Counted from the first letter of the stretch, positions 1 to 9,715 are shown. The stretch is DNA of 64,000 nt from Methanobacteriota archaeon (GCA_027064425.1 JAMOPO010000052.1:64001-128000); one strand, 5' to 3'. The notes: generated by a model not told the origin, from the sequence alone. Translations and numbers: made by a program.

Positions 1-80
1 AGCGTGAGTGGGATCAGAGTGTGGGTCATGATGACGAAGTCCAGCAGCGCCTCTCCGGTGTTGTGCGGTACCAGGTACAA
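1..80 (-). CDS. N-terminal part of a probable membrane protein; next gene of the cell-wall operon, truncated by the window edge
   Basis: TTG at 80, one base after the upstream stop; reads MYLVPHNTGEALLDFVIMTHTLIPLT and stays open to the edge. Confidence 0.5.
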   Translation of the reverse strand, partial: MYLVPHNTGEALLDFVIMTHTLIPLT

Positions 81-81
81 G

Positions 82-1344
82 TTACCACCCTCTGGTCCGC
101 CGGTGTAGCAGCTCTCTGACGCATCCGAGCACGATCAGGGTGACGCCCAGGGCCGATCCCAGCAGGCCGAGCGCGTGCAGCACCTCGGACGGAACGGGGG
201 TCTTCAGCGGGCGCTTCTTGTACCCGGGAGGCAGCGGCCGCATGTACACCGTGACCAGGTTAGCCTTCGGTTCCACCTTGATGTCGCTGGGCAGCACGTA
301 GTCGTAGCCCAGCAGGGTGTTGTTGTCGATCGCGTTGTCAATGGCCCGGGCGATGTGCGTTGGGTCCCGCTTCCCGCGCTGGATCAGCGACTGCACGATC
401 TCCACGATGGTCGCCTTGTCGTAGGCGCTCCTGACCCCGTACACGCGCACCACCGGCTGGTTCTTACGCACGGTGATCAGGTCGCGCGCCACCTGCCAGG
501 CGTACTCCGTCTTCAAGCTGGAACCGCACACCGGGCACCGGGTGTACCTGCCCGCCGCCGGGTACGGCGCGCTCCAGCCGCACTTGGGGCACACCTTCCG
601 GTAAGGAGCGTCCAGCGGAAACCCGCGCTCGTTGAGCCGAGCGGGCACGAACGTGTCGCCGGTGGAGAGTCCCGCGGTGATGTTCACGGCGCCGCCACCG
701 TACTTCTCGCCCGACTTCCTGGCCACGTAACCCATGACCCGGGTGAGCACCTCCGTCGCGGGCAGCCCGTCCCGGATCATTCGGCCCGCCATGATCGCCG
801 CCTCGACGCGAACCTTGGTCGCCGTACCGTACAGCGGGTTACCCGGCGTGTTACGCAGGTGGATGACCGCGCACTTGACGTTGGGCGGGATCTTGACGAT
901 GTTCGGGCCCGCGCTGCTGTGGTACTGCTTGATGATGATCTTGTTCCCCTTCACGATGACCACGGTGATGTCGTAGCTACCGCCCACCACGATGCCCCGA
1001 CGCGGGCCGCCCACCAGCAGTCGGTCCGTAGGCGACTTCTCGACACCGGCCCGGACGGCCTCCTCCAGCGGCATGCCCAGCTCCAGGCGACGGATGCACG
1101 CCAGGATCGCCTCCAGCCGCGCGGTACCCTTACCTAGACCACCCGCCAGCACGGCCACGTGCAGCTTTTTGGAGACCAGGAACGTGGACTGGAACATGTT
1201 GGGAGCGAACGACATCGAGCCGGCGGCTGCGCCGTTCGGGTCCTTGCCCGTGGGATCCGTGATGACGATCATGTTGAACGTGGCCGAGGAGGCCGAGGGG
1301 AGGAGCAGCAGGGCCAGCGCGAGTATCGCCGCCCACCGGATGAT
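82..1344 (-). CDS. Secreted, C-terminally anchored protein with an Ntn-hydrolase/DUF1028-like N-terminus and a Zn ribbon
   Basis: ORF 82..1272 extends upstream in frame into a signal peptide (IIRWAAILALALLLLPSASSA|TFNMIVITDP). GGGGG SD lies 9 nt before ATC at 1344. CPKCG..CPVCG ribbon; C-terminal TM helix with basic tail. Confidence 0.7.
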   Translation of the reverse strand: MIRWAAILALALLLLPSASSATFNMIVITDPTGKDPNGAAAGSMSFAPNMFQSTFLVSKKLHVAVLAGGLGKGTARLEAILACIRRLELGMPLEEAVRAGVEKSPTDRLLVGGPRRGIVVGGSYDITVVIVKGNKIIIKQYHSSAGPNIVKIPPNVKCAVIHLRNTPGNPLYGTATKVRVEAAIMAGRMIRDGLPATEVLTRVMGYVARKSGEKYGGGAVNITAGLSTGDTFVPARLNERGFPLDAPYRKVCPKCGWSAPYPAAGRYTRCPVCGSSLKTEYAWQVARDLITVRKNQPVVRVYGVRSAYDKATIVEIVQSLIQRGKRDPTHIARAIDNAIDNNTLLGYDYVLPSDIKVEPKANLVTVYMRPLPPGYKKRPLKTPVPSEVLHALGLLGSALGVTLIVLGCVRELLHRRTRGW

Positions 1345-1358
1345 CTTCCGACGCCCCC

Positions 1359-1775
1359 TTACCTCGGCAGCCCGTAGTCCTCCGTCACCCTCACGACCAC
1401 GACGCCTGACCGCTTGATCGTGATCTGGACCGACTTGACGGGCTTAATTTTGGTACCGGGGATAACGCTGCGCATGGCGTAGATGCGCGCCCTCCTGACC
1501 GCCTCCTGCAGCGGGATTCGCTTGCCGTCCGGGGTGATCAGCACCCCGTTCTTGATCGTGGCACCCGGCCTCAGTCCCGCCGCCATCACGTTGCTCCTGA
1601 CCACCTCCTCAGGCAGGAAGTCGCACCCTACCACGTCCACACCCACGATCTTGACCCCTCCCTGCTTGGGCAGCGGGCGGCTCGCCCAGGCCGTGTACTC
1701 GGCCAGCCTCCCCAGGGTGAGCAGCAGCGCTCCCAGCAGCATGATGGCGAGGTTACGCCTCGACACCCGGATCAT
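1359..1775 (-). CDS. Bitopic membrane protein with an FtsQ/DivIB-type POTRA-like domain
   Basis: ATG at 1775; N-terminal TM helix, then KIVGVDVVGCDFLPEEVVR...VKSVQITIKRSGVVVVRVTE. Confidence 0.6.
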   Translation of the reverse strand: MIRVSRRNLAIMLLGALLLTLGRLAEYTAWASRPLPKQGGVKIVGVDVVGCDFLPEEVVRSNVMAAGLRPGATIKNGVLITPDGKRIPLQEAVRRARIYAMRSVIPGTKIKPVKSVQITIKRSGVVVVRVTEDYGLPR

Positions 1776-3231
1776 CCTCGCCCACCACCCCCATCTCCCG
1801 GAGGATCTTCCGGGCCGGCTCCATGCCCTGCGCCCCGCCCAGCAGCACCACCGTGTCCTCATCACTGAGCTCCAGCGCGCGCTCCAGCGCGTCCTCAAGC
1901 CGGTTGAAGTGCTCCCACTCCACCCCACCGCGCCTCAGCTCCTCCAGGAAGACCTCCCGCTCCTCGTCCCGAACGACGTTCGCCTCGTCCACCAGACCCT
2001 CCGAGTCCGTGGCCAAAATCCGCACCTCCACGCCCTCCCGCTCCAGCTCTCGAGCCCCCTTCACCAACGCCCTCGCGATCTCCCGGTTGATCTCCGTCCC
2101 GCGCGACCCCCGGATGGCGAAGACGATCACGGCCCGATCCTTGCCCAGCCTCCGCAGGGCCCGCACCGTCGCGAGGACACCGTCCGGATTGTGGCAGAAG
2201 TCGTCCACGATCAGCGGATCCTCCGACAGCCGCTCGAACCGGCGCTTGAGCGGGCGGTACGTGCGCAGCCCCTCCGCGATGTCCTCAGCGTCCACGCCCA
2301 GGGCGTGAGCGGCCGCGGTCGCGGCGAGCGCGTTGTACAGGAAATGGTCCACCGGGAGCGGGAACTCGCGGACGGGGATCAACGGTTCCCCTTCCAGCAG
2401 AATCCACTCCTCCCCGTCCACCTCACCGATCCGGGCGACGCCCTCCTCCCACCCGTACCACACTACCTCCGGCGCGAGCGACTCCATCTCCGCCACGCGC
2501 TCGTCGTCCGCGTTCAGCACCGCGACCCCGTCCTCCAGCGCCCTGACAACCCCCGAAACCGCCTCCGCCATCTCGTCCAGCGAGGAGACCAGGTTCGTGT
2601 GATCCACTCCCACGTTCGTTACCACGGCAACCTCACAGTCCAGGGCACGAGCCATCCGGTACGCGTGGTCCTCCATAACCCGGCCGGTCGGCAGGCCCTG
2701 AACCTCCGAGACCTCTACGCACAGGAAATCCTCCGGCCGGGCCTCCCGGATCTCCATAGCCACGACGGGGTCAATCAGCGTGTTCTTCTCGGACCGGAAG
2801 TCAGTGTTGCAGTACACGTCCCGGCCCGCCGACCTCAGGATGTGAGCGAGCAGGTGGTTGGTGGTGGACTTGCCGTTGGTGCCCGTGACGCACGCGGTGA
2901 CGGCGTCGGGCGCGTACTCCCTTTTCGCCAGCTTCAGCGCGTACTCGTTGGCCCGGTCCACCTCCGTCAGGATGAGGGGGAGACCGCGGCGCTCGCACTC
3001 TTCCTCCAGCCTGCCCCGCGGCTCCTCCGTGATCAGGCACGCCACACCGCGCTCATCCGCCAGCTCGGCCCCACGCTCATCGAGCCACCACCTGACCACC
3101 ACGTCCCCCTCGCTCGCCCGCCCGAGCGTGGAGAACCAGCCCCGAACTCTTCCGTCGGGGTCCCCGACGACCAGCTCCCCGTCCACCCTTTCAGCCAGCT
3201 CGCCCACGGTGGTTCTCAGCAGCGCGATCAC
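1753..3231 (-). CDS. Mur ligase family protein (pseudomurein peptide ligase, MurE/F-like)
   Basis: VTGTNGKSTT P-loop, VTNVGVDH, LNADD, DDFCHNPDG; GTG at 3231 overlaps the mraY stop (CTG at 3222 is an alternative start). Confidence 0.9.
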   Translation of the reverse strand: MIALLRTTVGELAERVDGELVVGDPDGRVRGWFSTLGRASEGDVVVRWWLDERGAELADERGVACLITEEPRGRLEEECERRGLPLILTEVDRANEYALKLAKREYAPDAVTACVTGTNGKSTTNHLLAHILRSAGRDVYCNTDFRSEKNTLIDPVVAMEIREARPEDFLCVEVSEVQGLPTGRVMEDHAYRMARALDCEVAVVTNVGVDHTNLVSSLDEMAEAVSGVVRALEDGVAVLNADDERVAEMESLAPEVVWYGWEEGVARIGEVDGEEWILLEGEPLIPVREFPLPVDHFLYNALAATAAAHALGVDAEDIAEGLRTYRPLKRRFERLSEDPLIVDDFCHNPDGVLATVRALRRLGKDRAVIVFAIRGSRGTEINREIARALVKGARELEREGVEVRILATDSEGLVDEANVVRDEEREVFLEELRRGGVEWEHFNRLEDALERALELSDEDTVVLLGGAQGMEPARKILREMGVVGEDDPGVEA

Positions 3232-4304
3232 CCCGCGAGCCAGAGGGCGATGCCTGCGAGGAAGGCGCCGGCCATCCAGTGCAGGGCCACCACGATCGGC
3301 TCGGGCAAATCGTACTTGTACTGGAGGTGATGATGCAGGGGCTCGACCGCGAGCCGGATCACGCCGGCGCGGTGGAGCAGGCTGATGATCGTGGACCCCA
3401 CGGGCACGCCGAGGGCGATGACGGCGGGCACCTCGATCTTGTAGTACAGCGCGCCGGCGGCGTACGCGGCCCCCAGGAAGCAGCTCCCGGTGTCGCCCAT
3501 GAAGATCTTGGCCGGGTACCTGTTGTGGAACAGGAAGCCGAGCGAGGCTCCGGCGAGCGAGGCGAAGAACGCGGCGCCCGGGAGCTGATTGTGGGCCAGG
3601 CACACGCCCGAGCACGCCAGAGAGGCCAGAAACAGGAGGCCCGCGGCCAGCCCGTCCATGCCGTCGATAAGGTTCACCGCGTTGGTCGCGCCCACGACGC
3701 CGAAGAGAGCCAGCGGGTAGAACAGCCAGGAAAGGTCGATCGTCCCTAAGTGCGGGAACCACAGCCAGGTGGCGGGCACGATAGGGAGAACGAAGAGCGC
3801 GGCTCCGGCCTGAAGCAGCAGCTTCTCCCGCTCGCTCAGCTCCTTCTTGATCGGCACCTCGCCCACGATCTCGATCTTGTCCGGCTCCTCCCTGAGCAGG
3901 CGCTTCAGGTCCCGCTTGGCCTTCTTCGTCGCCACCCGGGCCTCCTCACCGGGCTGGAGCACGAGCCGGCCGATCCTGATCGGCTCGTTGGAGACGTTCT
4001 TAACCACCTTCTGGTACTCCTCCACCTGCAGCCCGAGCAGGTCGTCCACCACTCCCAGCACCATCATGGGGAGTGCTGAGGCCAGGGGTGGCAGGGCCTG
4101 GATCGACACGAGGAGCGGTCCGGCGGCCGTGCCCAGGACGATCCCGAAACCGCCCATGATCGGTGTACCGGCCTTGTGAGAGTGCTCCGTGACGATCGGC
4201 CTGTCCACCACCCGGGCCTCCTTCATGTACCGCCGGAGGAGCCTGACGACAGCCCACGACGTCATCGTTGAGACGGCGAACGTCTCAACGATCAACCCGG
4301 TCAT
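3228..4304 (-). CDS. mraY: MraY-like polyprenyl-phosphate glycosyl-1-phosphate transferase (GT4 family)
   Basis: HKAGTPIMGG, VVDD, NAVNLIDGMDGL, NRYPAKIFMGDTGS and PLHHH motifs; multiple TM helices. Confidence 0.9.
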   Translation of the reverse strand: MTGLIVETFAVSTMTSWAVVRLLRRYMKEARVVDRPIVTEHSHKAGTPIMGGFGIVLGTAAGPLLVSIQALPPLASALPMMVLGVVDDLLGLQVEEYQKVVKNVSNEPIRIGRLVLQPGEEARVATKKAKRDLKRLLREEPDKIEIVGEVPIKKELSEREKLLLQAGAALFVLPIVPATWLWFPHLGTIDLSWLFYPLALFGVVGATNAVNLIDGMDGLAAGLLFLASLACSGVCLAHNQLPGAAFFASLAGASLGFLFHNRYPAKIFMGDTGSCFLGAAYAAGALYYKIEVPAVIALGVPVGSTIISLLHRAGVIRLAVEPLHHHLQYKYDLPEPIVVALHWMAGAFLAGIALWLAG

Positions 4305-4310
4305 CCCCGC

Positions 4311-5450
4311 TCAGAGGAACCTGCTAGCCTCCCTGAGCCGCAGCTCGAACTCCTTCTCGGCCAGCTTCAGGTTGGCTCCTGCCGCCTTGAACGCCGACCG
4401 CAGCCTCTCGAACGCTTCTTTAAACGATTCCCCTCTCACCGCGATCCGGCCGGCCACGTCCACTCTACCGTAGTACTCGTAAAACACGTGGTACACTCCT
4501 CCGTCGAACATCTCCCGCAGGGGCTCCCGCCGGGAGGCGTTCCACACCGGGCACTCGATCGCGTGCCAGACCTTCCTGACCCGGGGCGGCCTCCAGCGAT
4601 CCACGACCATGTCTACGAGCTCCCGCAGCGGCCAGATCCCGGAGCACCCGGAGGTCATGTACCGCGTACCGCTGGGCCGCGGGTTGAACTCCAGGAACCA
4701 GAACTCGTCCTCCCGGACCACCACGTCGAAGTCGATCGTGCCCTCCAGCCCCAGCCGCTTGACGAGCTTGACCGCGCAGCGCTTGATGCCACGCTCCACC
4801 GACTCGTCCAGCGGGGCGGGGGCCATCCTCATTCGATCGATGGGGTGGTCGTCGTCCAGCGTCGACCCCTTGAACACGGGAACGAGCGGGACGACCTCCC
4901 CGTTCCAGGATAGGACCTCGATCGACACCTCCGCCCCCTCGATGAACTCCTCCACCAGCCGCCTACCGTGAACCCTGGGCGCCGACCGCTCGTAAACGTC
5001 CACGTTAATACCGGCCTGCGACCGCGGGTCCTTCACGACGAGGGGCGGGCGCATCCGGGGCCGGTCGTCCTCCACCACCTCCCACTCGGGCGTCGGGATG
5101 TTCAGCTCCTCGAACGCCCGCTTCGCCTCGATCTTGTTCACACCGGTCTGAACGCCTCTCGGCCCCGAGGCCGCGACGGGGATTCCCTCCTCCTCCAACA
5201 TCTCCTTCATCTCCGCCACCTCGGGGAGCGGATCGTCCACGCCGATGAGCGGGACCACCCCGTCCACGCCCCGCTCGAGCGCGATCCGCGCCGGGTGAGC
5301 CATCCCGCGGGGCACGAAGTGAACCTCGTCCGCCAGGTCCCAGTCCCTGCTCTCCGGGTTCGACTCGGTCAGGATCCGGTAGATCCCGGTGGAGGCCGCG
5401 TACTCCGCCACGTCCCGGAACAGCCGGGCGCCGACGAACAGGACCTTCAA
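4311..5450 (-). CDS. ATP-grasp ligase (carbamoyl-phosphate synthase/Ddl-like) of the pseudomurein cluster
   Basis: NKIEAK, PLVVK, LVEEFIEGAEVSIE, FLEFNPRPSG. Confidence 0.85.
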   Translation of the reverse strand: MKVLFVGARLFRDVAEYAASTGIYRILTESNPESRDWDLADEVHFVPRGMAHPARIALERGVDGVVPLIGVDDPLPEVAEMKEMLEEEGIPVAASGPRGVQTGVNKIEAKRAFEELNIPTPEWEVVEDDRPRMRPPLVVKDPRSQAGINVDVYERSAPRVHGRRLVEEFIEGAEVSIEVLSWNGEVVPLVPVFKGSTLDDDHPIDRMRMAPAPLDESVERGIKRCAVKLVKRLGLEGTIDFDVVVREDEFWFLEFNPRPSGTRYMTSGCSGIWPLRELVDMVVDRWRPPRVRKVWHAIECPVWNASRREPLREMFDGGVYHVFYEYYGRVDVAGRIAVRGESFKEAFERLRSAFKAAGANLKLAEKEFELRLREASRFL

Positions 5451-6979
5451 CCCTCCTCCCCCAGCGTCTCTTCCAGCTCCCTCAGAATGTCCTCCTTGAA
5501 CTTCAGCGCCGCCTCGCCGAACAGCACGATCACCTCACACTCCGACTCCAGCGCCGACCTGAGACCGTCCAGAACCTGCTCCCTGGAGGCCCCCAGCGTC
5601 CCCCGCTTCTCGAAGCGCTCCGAGGCGCTCTCGGCCGCCACCACGTTGTCCGCCTCAACGTCATCGAGCACGCGGTAGCACGCGTACGAGGCCGCGATGA
5701 CCCGGTCCGAGAGCTTCGCCGCCCGCTCGAGGATCTCCCGGTCGCCCTCCGGCCCCAGCTCCGAGGCCACGGCGATGACCGCGCAGACGCGCCGGTCCTT
5801 GAACAGCTGCCGCAGGCAGCGCAGGGTCGCCTCCACTCCCGCCGGGTTGTGGCCGTAGTCGATGATCACCACGCGCTCGCCGTCGTCCCACACGGTCTCC
5901 AGCCGCCCTTCCACCCCCTCGAACGAGGAGAGCGCGTGCGCCACCTCCCCCGGGTCCAGGTCCAGGAACTCGATGCAGACGGCCGCGGCCGCCACGGCGT
6001 TGTACACGTTGTGAAGGCCCATCACGGGCAGGCTGACCTCGAACTCGCCCCCCGGGCAGGCCAGCGTGAACCCGTCCAGGGAGACGTCGGTGGCCAGGTA
6101 GTCCGGCGTCGGCGTCCTCAACCCGCACTCGCACCGGAAGTCGCCCACCCACGGGAGGATCTCCTCCACCTCCGCCCGCTCGCCGCACCAGCACTCCTTC
6201 TCCACGGTACCCACGGGCTCCGCCTCCACCCCGAAGTAGACGATGTCGCCGTCGAACCCGACCACGTCCGGCGCGCCCACGACCAGCGGGTCCTGAGCGT
6301 TCAGGACGGCCAGCTCCACCGAGTCGGGCTCAAGCAGCTCGATCTCGCACCGCGCGTACGTCTTGAAGTCGCCCGCCTTGTTCAGGTGATCGGGCGTGAT
6401 GTTCGTCAGGCAGACGCACTCCACCTCGGACCACTCGGCCGCCTCGAGGATCTCCCCGCGCTCACCGAACGTCGCGATCTCCAGCACGCTCACGTCGCCC
6501 GGCAGCCGAGCCTGCAGCGGAGGCAGGTACCCGACGTTCCCCTGCATGCCCGGCAGTCCGGGGCCCCGGGCCTCCAGCCCCAGCTCCCGGCACACGTGCC
6601 GGATCATCGCCACGGTCGTCGTCTTCCCGTTCGTGCCGCCCACGCCCACCACCGGCCGCGTGGGTGGGATCTTCTTGAGCACGTCCTCCACCTCACAGAC
6701 CCGGCACCCGTGCCGCTCGGCCATCCGGTACGGGGGAGCGCCCTCGTCCAGGCTGGGCGGGAGGACCACCGCGTCGGCCCGCTGGAACAGCTCCGGCGGG
6801 TGCCCGCCCAGAACGATCTCGATGTTCGCGTAGTCCAGCAGGGGCTCCAGCAGCTCGCACTCCTCCTCGTCCTTCACGTCCGAGGCGATCACGTGGTAGT
6901 CCCGCTCCGCGAGCACCCGGGCGACCAGGTTGCACACGGGCCCGCACACGCCGATGACCAGCACGGTGAACCCCTTCAC
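5447..6979 (-). CDS. Mur ligase family protein (MurC/D-like, with Cys-rich Zn insert)
   Basis: N-terminal Rossmann fold, GTNGKTTT, TNITPDHL, CWC..CEC insert, GLHNVYNA, GRLE, DYGHNPAG. Confidence 0.9.
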   Translation of the reverse strand: MKGFTVLVIGVCGPVCNLVARVLAERDYHVIASDVKDEEECELLEPLLDYANIEIVLGGHPPELFQRADAVVLPPSLDEGAPPYRMAERHGCRVCEVEDVLKKIPPTRPVVGVGGTNGKTTTVAMIRHVCRELGLEARGPGLPGMQGNVGYLPPLQARLPGDVSVLEIATFGERGEILEAAEWSEVECVCLTNITPDHLNKAGDFKTYARCEIELLEPDSVELAVLNAQDPLVVGAPDVVGFDGDIVYFGVEAEPVGTVEKECWCGERAEVEEILPWVGDFRCECGLRTPTPDYLATDVSLDGFTLACPGGEFEVSLPVMGLHNVYNAVAAAAVCIEFLDLDPGEVAHALSSFEGVEGRLETVWDDGERVVIIDYGHNPAGVEATLRCLRQLFKDRRVCAVIAVASELGPEGDREILERAAKLSDRVIAASYACYRVLDDVEADNVVAAESASERFEKRGTLGASREQVLDGLRSALESECEVIVLFGEAALKFKEDILRELEETLGEEG

Positions 6980-6990
6980 GCGTATCCCCC

Positions 6991-8010
6991 TCAGACGCGC
7001 GTCCCCGGGATCTCCCGACCGTACTCGCGCAGCAGCTCGCGCATCAGCGAGCGCACGTCCTCCAGGAGCCTCCTGGCCGCCTCCTCATCCCTCTCGACGG
7101 CTAGGCGGGGTAGGACGTCGTACCCTAAATCGTCGACTCGGTCGTCGATCTCGGAGTACTCGGACAGGACCGCGTGCAACTGCGCGAGCCGTTCCGTCCG
7201 CTCAACCCGGTTCAGCGTCCCGTGGACGTACGATCTCAGCGCGCTCTCAAGGTACATGAGCAGCCGGTACGTGAGGTCGCGGACGACGTCGCCCTCGTCC
7301 CGCGGTCCCTCCGGCACCCCGCCCCGGAACACCCGGCTCAGCTCCAGCCCCAGCCTCTCCTCCACCTCCCCCGCGTCCCACCTCGGGGTCTCCGTCTCGA
7401 CCAGGTACTCCAGGCACTCCCGTGGAGACGCCACCCGCTCCACCATGAGCGAGCAGGCCCGGCCCGTGAGCGGGTTGTATCCCACCCGCTCGATGAACCG
7501 GTGCACTCCGTAGGGCCGGATGGGGCACGTGTAGTCCTCGTCGAACCATCCGCATTCCGAGACGATCCGCCGCACGTCCTCCCACGTCCACCGGCGCAGC
7601 GCCGGGTACCGGACCATCGTCACGCCGGGGGGGTATGGGTGGGTCACCCGCCGCCCGTACTTGCCTCGCAGCTCGTGGCCCGTGAGGACCGTGAGCAGCC
7701 CCAGCTGCTTGGCGCGTAGGCAGGCGGCGGTCAGGACCGTCCTCGCGCACTTGGTGCAGATGGGTAGACCGCGCCGGAGGGCTCGGCGGAACCACTCTCG
7801 AAGCCGAACGCGGACGACCTCGTGGCGGAGGCCCAGCCGCTCCGCGCACCTCCTGGCGTTCTCCAGGCACACCTCGTCCAGGAACTCGTGAACGACCGTG
7901 ACCGCCGCCTCCAGACGCCATCGTTCGGAGGCGTGGAGGGCGGTCGCCACGCTGTCCCGGCCGCCGGAGAGCGCCACGCAGGCGGGGTTGCTGGGGCTAG
8001 TCGTGCGCAT
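6991..8010 (-). CDS. PP-loop ATP pyrophosphatase family protein
   Basis: ALSGGRDS PP-loop, PICTKC, LTGHE, YTCP. Confidence 0.75.
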   Translation of the reverse strand: MRTTSPSNPACVALSGGRDSVATALHASERWRLEAAVTVVHEFLDEVCLENARRCAERLGLRHEVVRVRLREWFRRALRRGLPICTKCARTVLTAACLRAKQLGLLTVLTGHELRGKYGRRVTHPYPPGVTMVRYPALRRWTWEDVRRIVSECGWFDEDYTCPIRPYGVHRFIERVGYNPLTGRACSLMVERVASPRECLEYLVETETPRWDAGEVEERLGLELSRVFRGGVPEGPRDEGDVVRDLTYRLLMYLESALRSYVHGTLNRVERTERLAQLHAVLSEYSEIDDRVDDLGYDVLPRLAVERDEEAARRLLEDVRSLMRELLREYGREIPGTRV

Positions 8011-9715
8011 ACACGGCCCTCACACCGCTCGGCCCACACTCCTCGATCCGGGCGAAGTACAGCCGCTCGAACTGCACCGTGCGCCCCGGCTCCTCCCGCT
8101 CCACGTTGGCCTCGACGTAGCCCCTATCCACCGACCCGTCCGGCCGCAGCACCTCGCACGGGATCGCCTGATCCACCGGCACCCAGTGCACGATCCGCGC
8201 CCCCTCCCGTCGCGCGGTCCGGTAGTCCTCACTGTGGTACCGCCCCTGAACGACGCCGTCCCCCACCTCGACGATCTCCACGTTCACCGCGTTCATCAGC
8301 CGGATCAGGTCGCCCTCCTCCAGCTCCTCACCGTCCTCCCGGTCCAGCCAAACGCGACACTCACCGTCCTCCGGATGCAGCACGAGCGCGCGCTCGCCCC
8401 GATCCTTGTCCGGGTGCAACGGGACCGTGGCCGCGTGGGGCTCCTCTAGCCCCTCGATCCGGAGCTCCACCGGGTCCCGGACGAAGAAGTACCGGTTGGA
8501 CTTCGGGTCGATCAGGCGCCGGTTGCGCGAGTACAGCTGCTTCCAGCTGAAGGTCGCGTCCACGTCCGTCAGCCCGATCTCGAGGATCGTCTCACGGAGC
8601 GCCTCGGGCTCGATGCCCCGGCGCCGCAGCGCGCGCAACGTCGCCGTCCGCACGTCGTCCCAGCCCGTGAACTCACCCGACTTAATGCCCTCCTTGATCT
8701 TGGACGTGCTCAGGACGGAACCCTCAACCTTCAGGATCCCGTAGTGCACGTACTCCGGTGTCTCCCACCCCAGGTGCTCGAAGATGAACTCCTGCCGCCG
8801 CGTGTTCGACTCGTGGTCCTTGCCTCGCAGTACGTGAGTAACCTCCATGAAGTGGTCGTCCACGGCGACGGCGAAGTTCATCGTCGGCCAGACGAGGTAC
8901 CGGTCTCCCACCATCGGGTGCTCCTCCTCCACCACGCGGAACGCGACCCACTCGCGCACGGCCGGGTCGGGGTGGTCGACCTTCGTCTTGACCCGCACGA
9001 CCGCCTCGCCCTCCGAGAACGCCCCGTCCAGCATCTCCTCCCACAGCTCGAGGTTCTCCTCGGGCTCCCGAGACCGGCACGGACAGGCCTGTCCCCGGTC
9101 CCGGAGCCGGCGGAACTCGTCGGCGTCGCACGTGCAGACGTAGGCCCCGCCCCGCTCCAGCAGCTCCTCGGCCACCCGGTAGTAGAGCTCCATCCGGTTC
9201 GACTGCACGTACCGCTCGTCCACGCGCACGCCCAGCCACTCCAGGTCCTCCTCGATCATGTCGTACGCCTCCGGGTCCACCCGCCGCGGGTCCGTGTCCT
9301 CGAACCGCAGGATCAGCGTGCCGCCGTACCGCCGGGCGTACTCGTCGTTGAGCACCGCCGCCCGAGCGTGACCCAGGTGCAGCGGCCCGGACGGGTTGGG
9401 GGCGAACCGGAGCCGAACCTCGCCCTCCTTCGCCCCCGGGAGCGGCTTCAGCCCACCCTTCTCCCCCGCCTCCTCTTCCTCCTCCGCGCCGAGCTCCTCC
9501 AGCTCGCGCTTGATCTCCTCCAGGGACATCTTGTTGACTTCCTCGACCACCTCCCGGACGAGCTTGAGCACCTCCTTCGCCCGGTCCCGGTACTCCTCGT
9601 GCTCTCGCATGACCTTCTTCATGACCGCGTTGGGGTTGGCCTTGCCGTCGTACTTGGCCGCGTTCTCCAGCGCGTACCGCCGGATCACGTCCCGAAGCTC
9701 CTCCAGCTCGCTCAC
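7997..9715 (-). CDS. gltX: Glutamyl-tRNA synthetase (archaeal)
   Basis: RFAPNPSGPLHLGH (HIGH motif), LRFEDTDP, LSTSKIK; GTG at 9715 after a G-rich SD. Confidence 0.97.
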   Translation of the reverse strand: MSELEELRDVIRRYALENAAKYDGKANPNAVMKKVMREHEEYRDRAKEVLKLVREVVEEVNKMSLEEIKRELEELGAEEEEEAGEKGGLKPLPGAKEGEVRLRFAPNPSGPLHLGHARAAVLNDEYARRYGGTLILRFEDTDPRRVDPEAYDMIEEDLEWLGVRVDERYVQSNRMELYYRVAEELLERGGAYVCTCDADEFRRLRDRGQACPCRSREPEENLELWEEMLDGAFSEGEAVVRVKTKVDHPDPAVREWVAFRVVEEEHPMVGDRYLVWPTMNFAVAVDDHFMEVTHVLRGKDHESNTRRQEFIFEHLGWETPEYVHYGILKVEGSVLSTSKIKEGIKSGEFTGWDDVRTATLRALRRRGIEPEALRETILEIGLTDVDATFSWKQLYSRNRRLIDPKSNRYFFVRDPVELRIEGLEEPHAATVPLHPDKDRGERALVLHPEDGECRVWLDREDGEELEEGDLIRLMNAVNVEIVEVGDGVVQGRYHSEDYRTARREGARIVHWVPVDQAIPCEVLRPDGSVDRGYVEANVEREEPGRTVQFERLYFARIEECGPSGVRAVYAHD

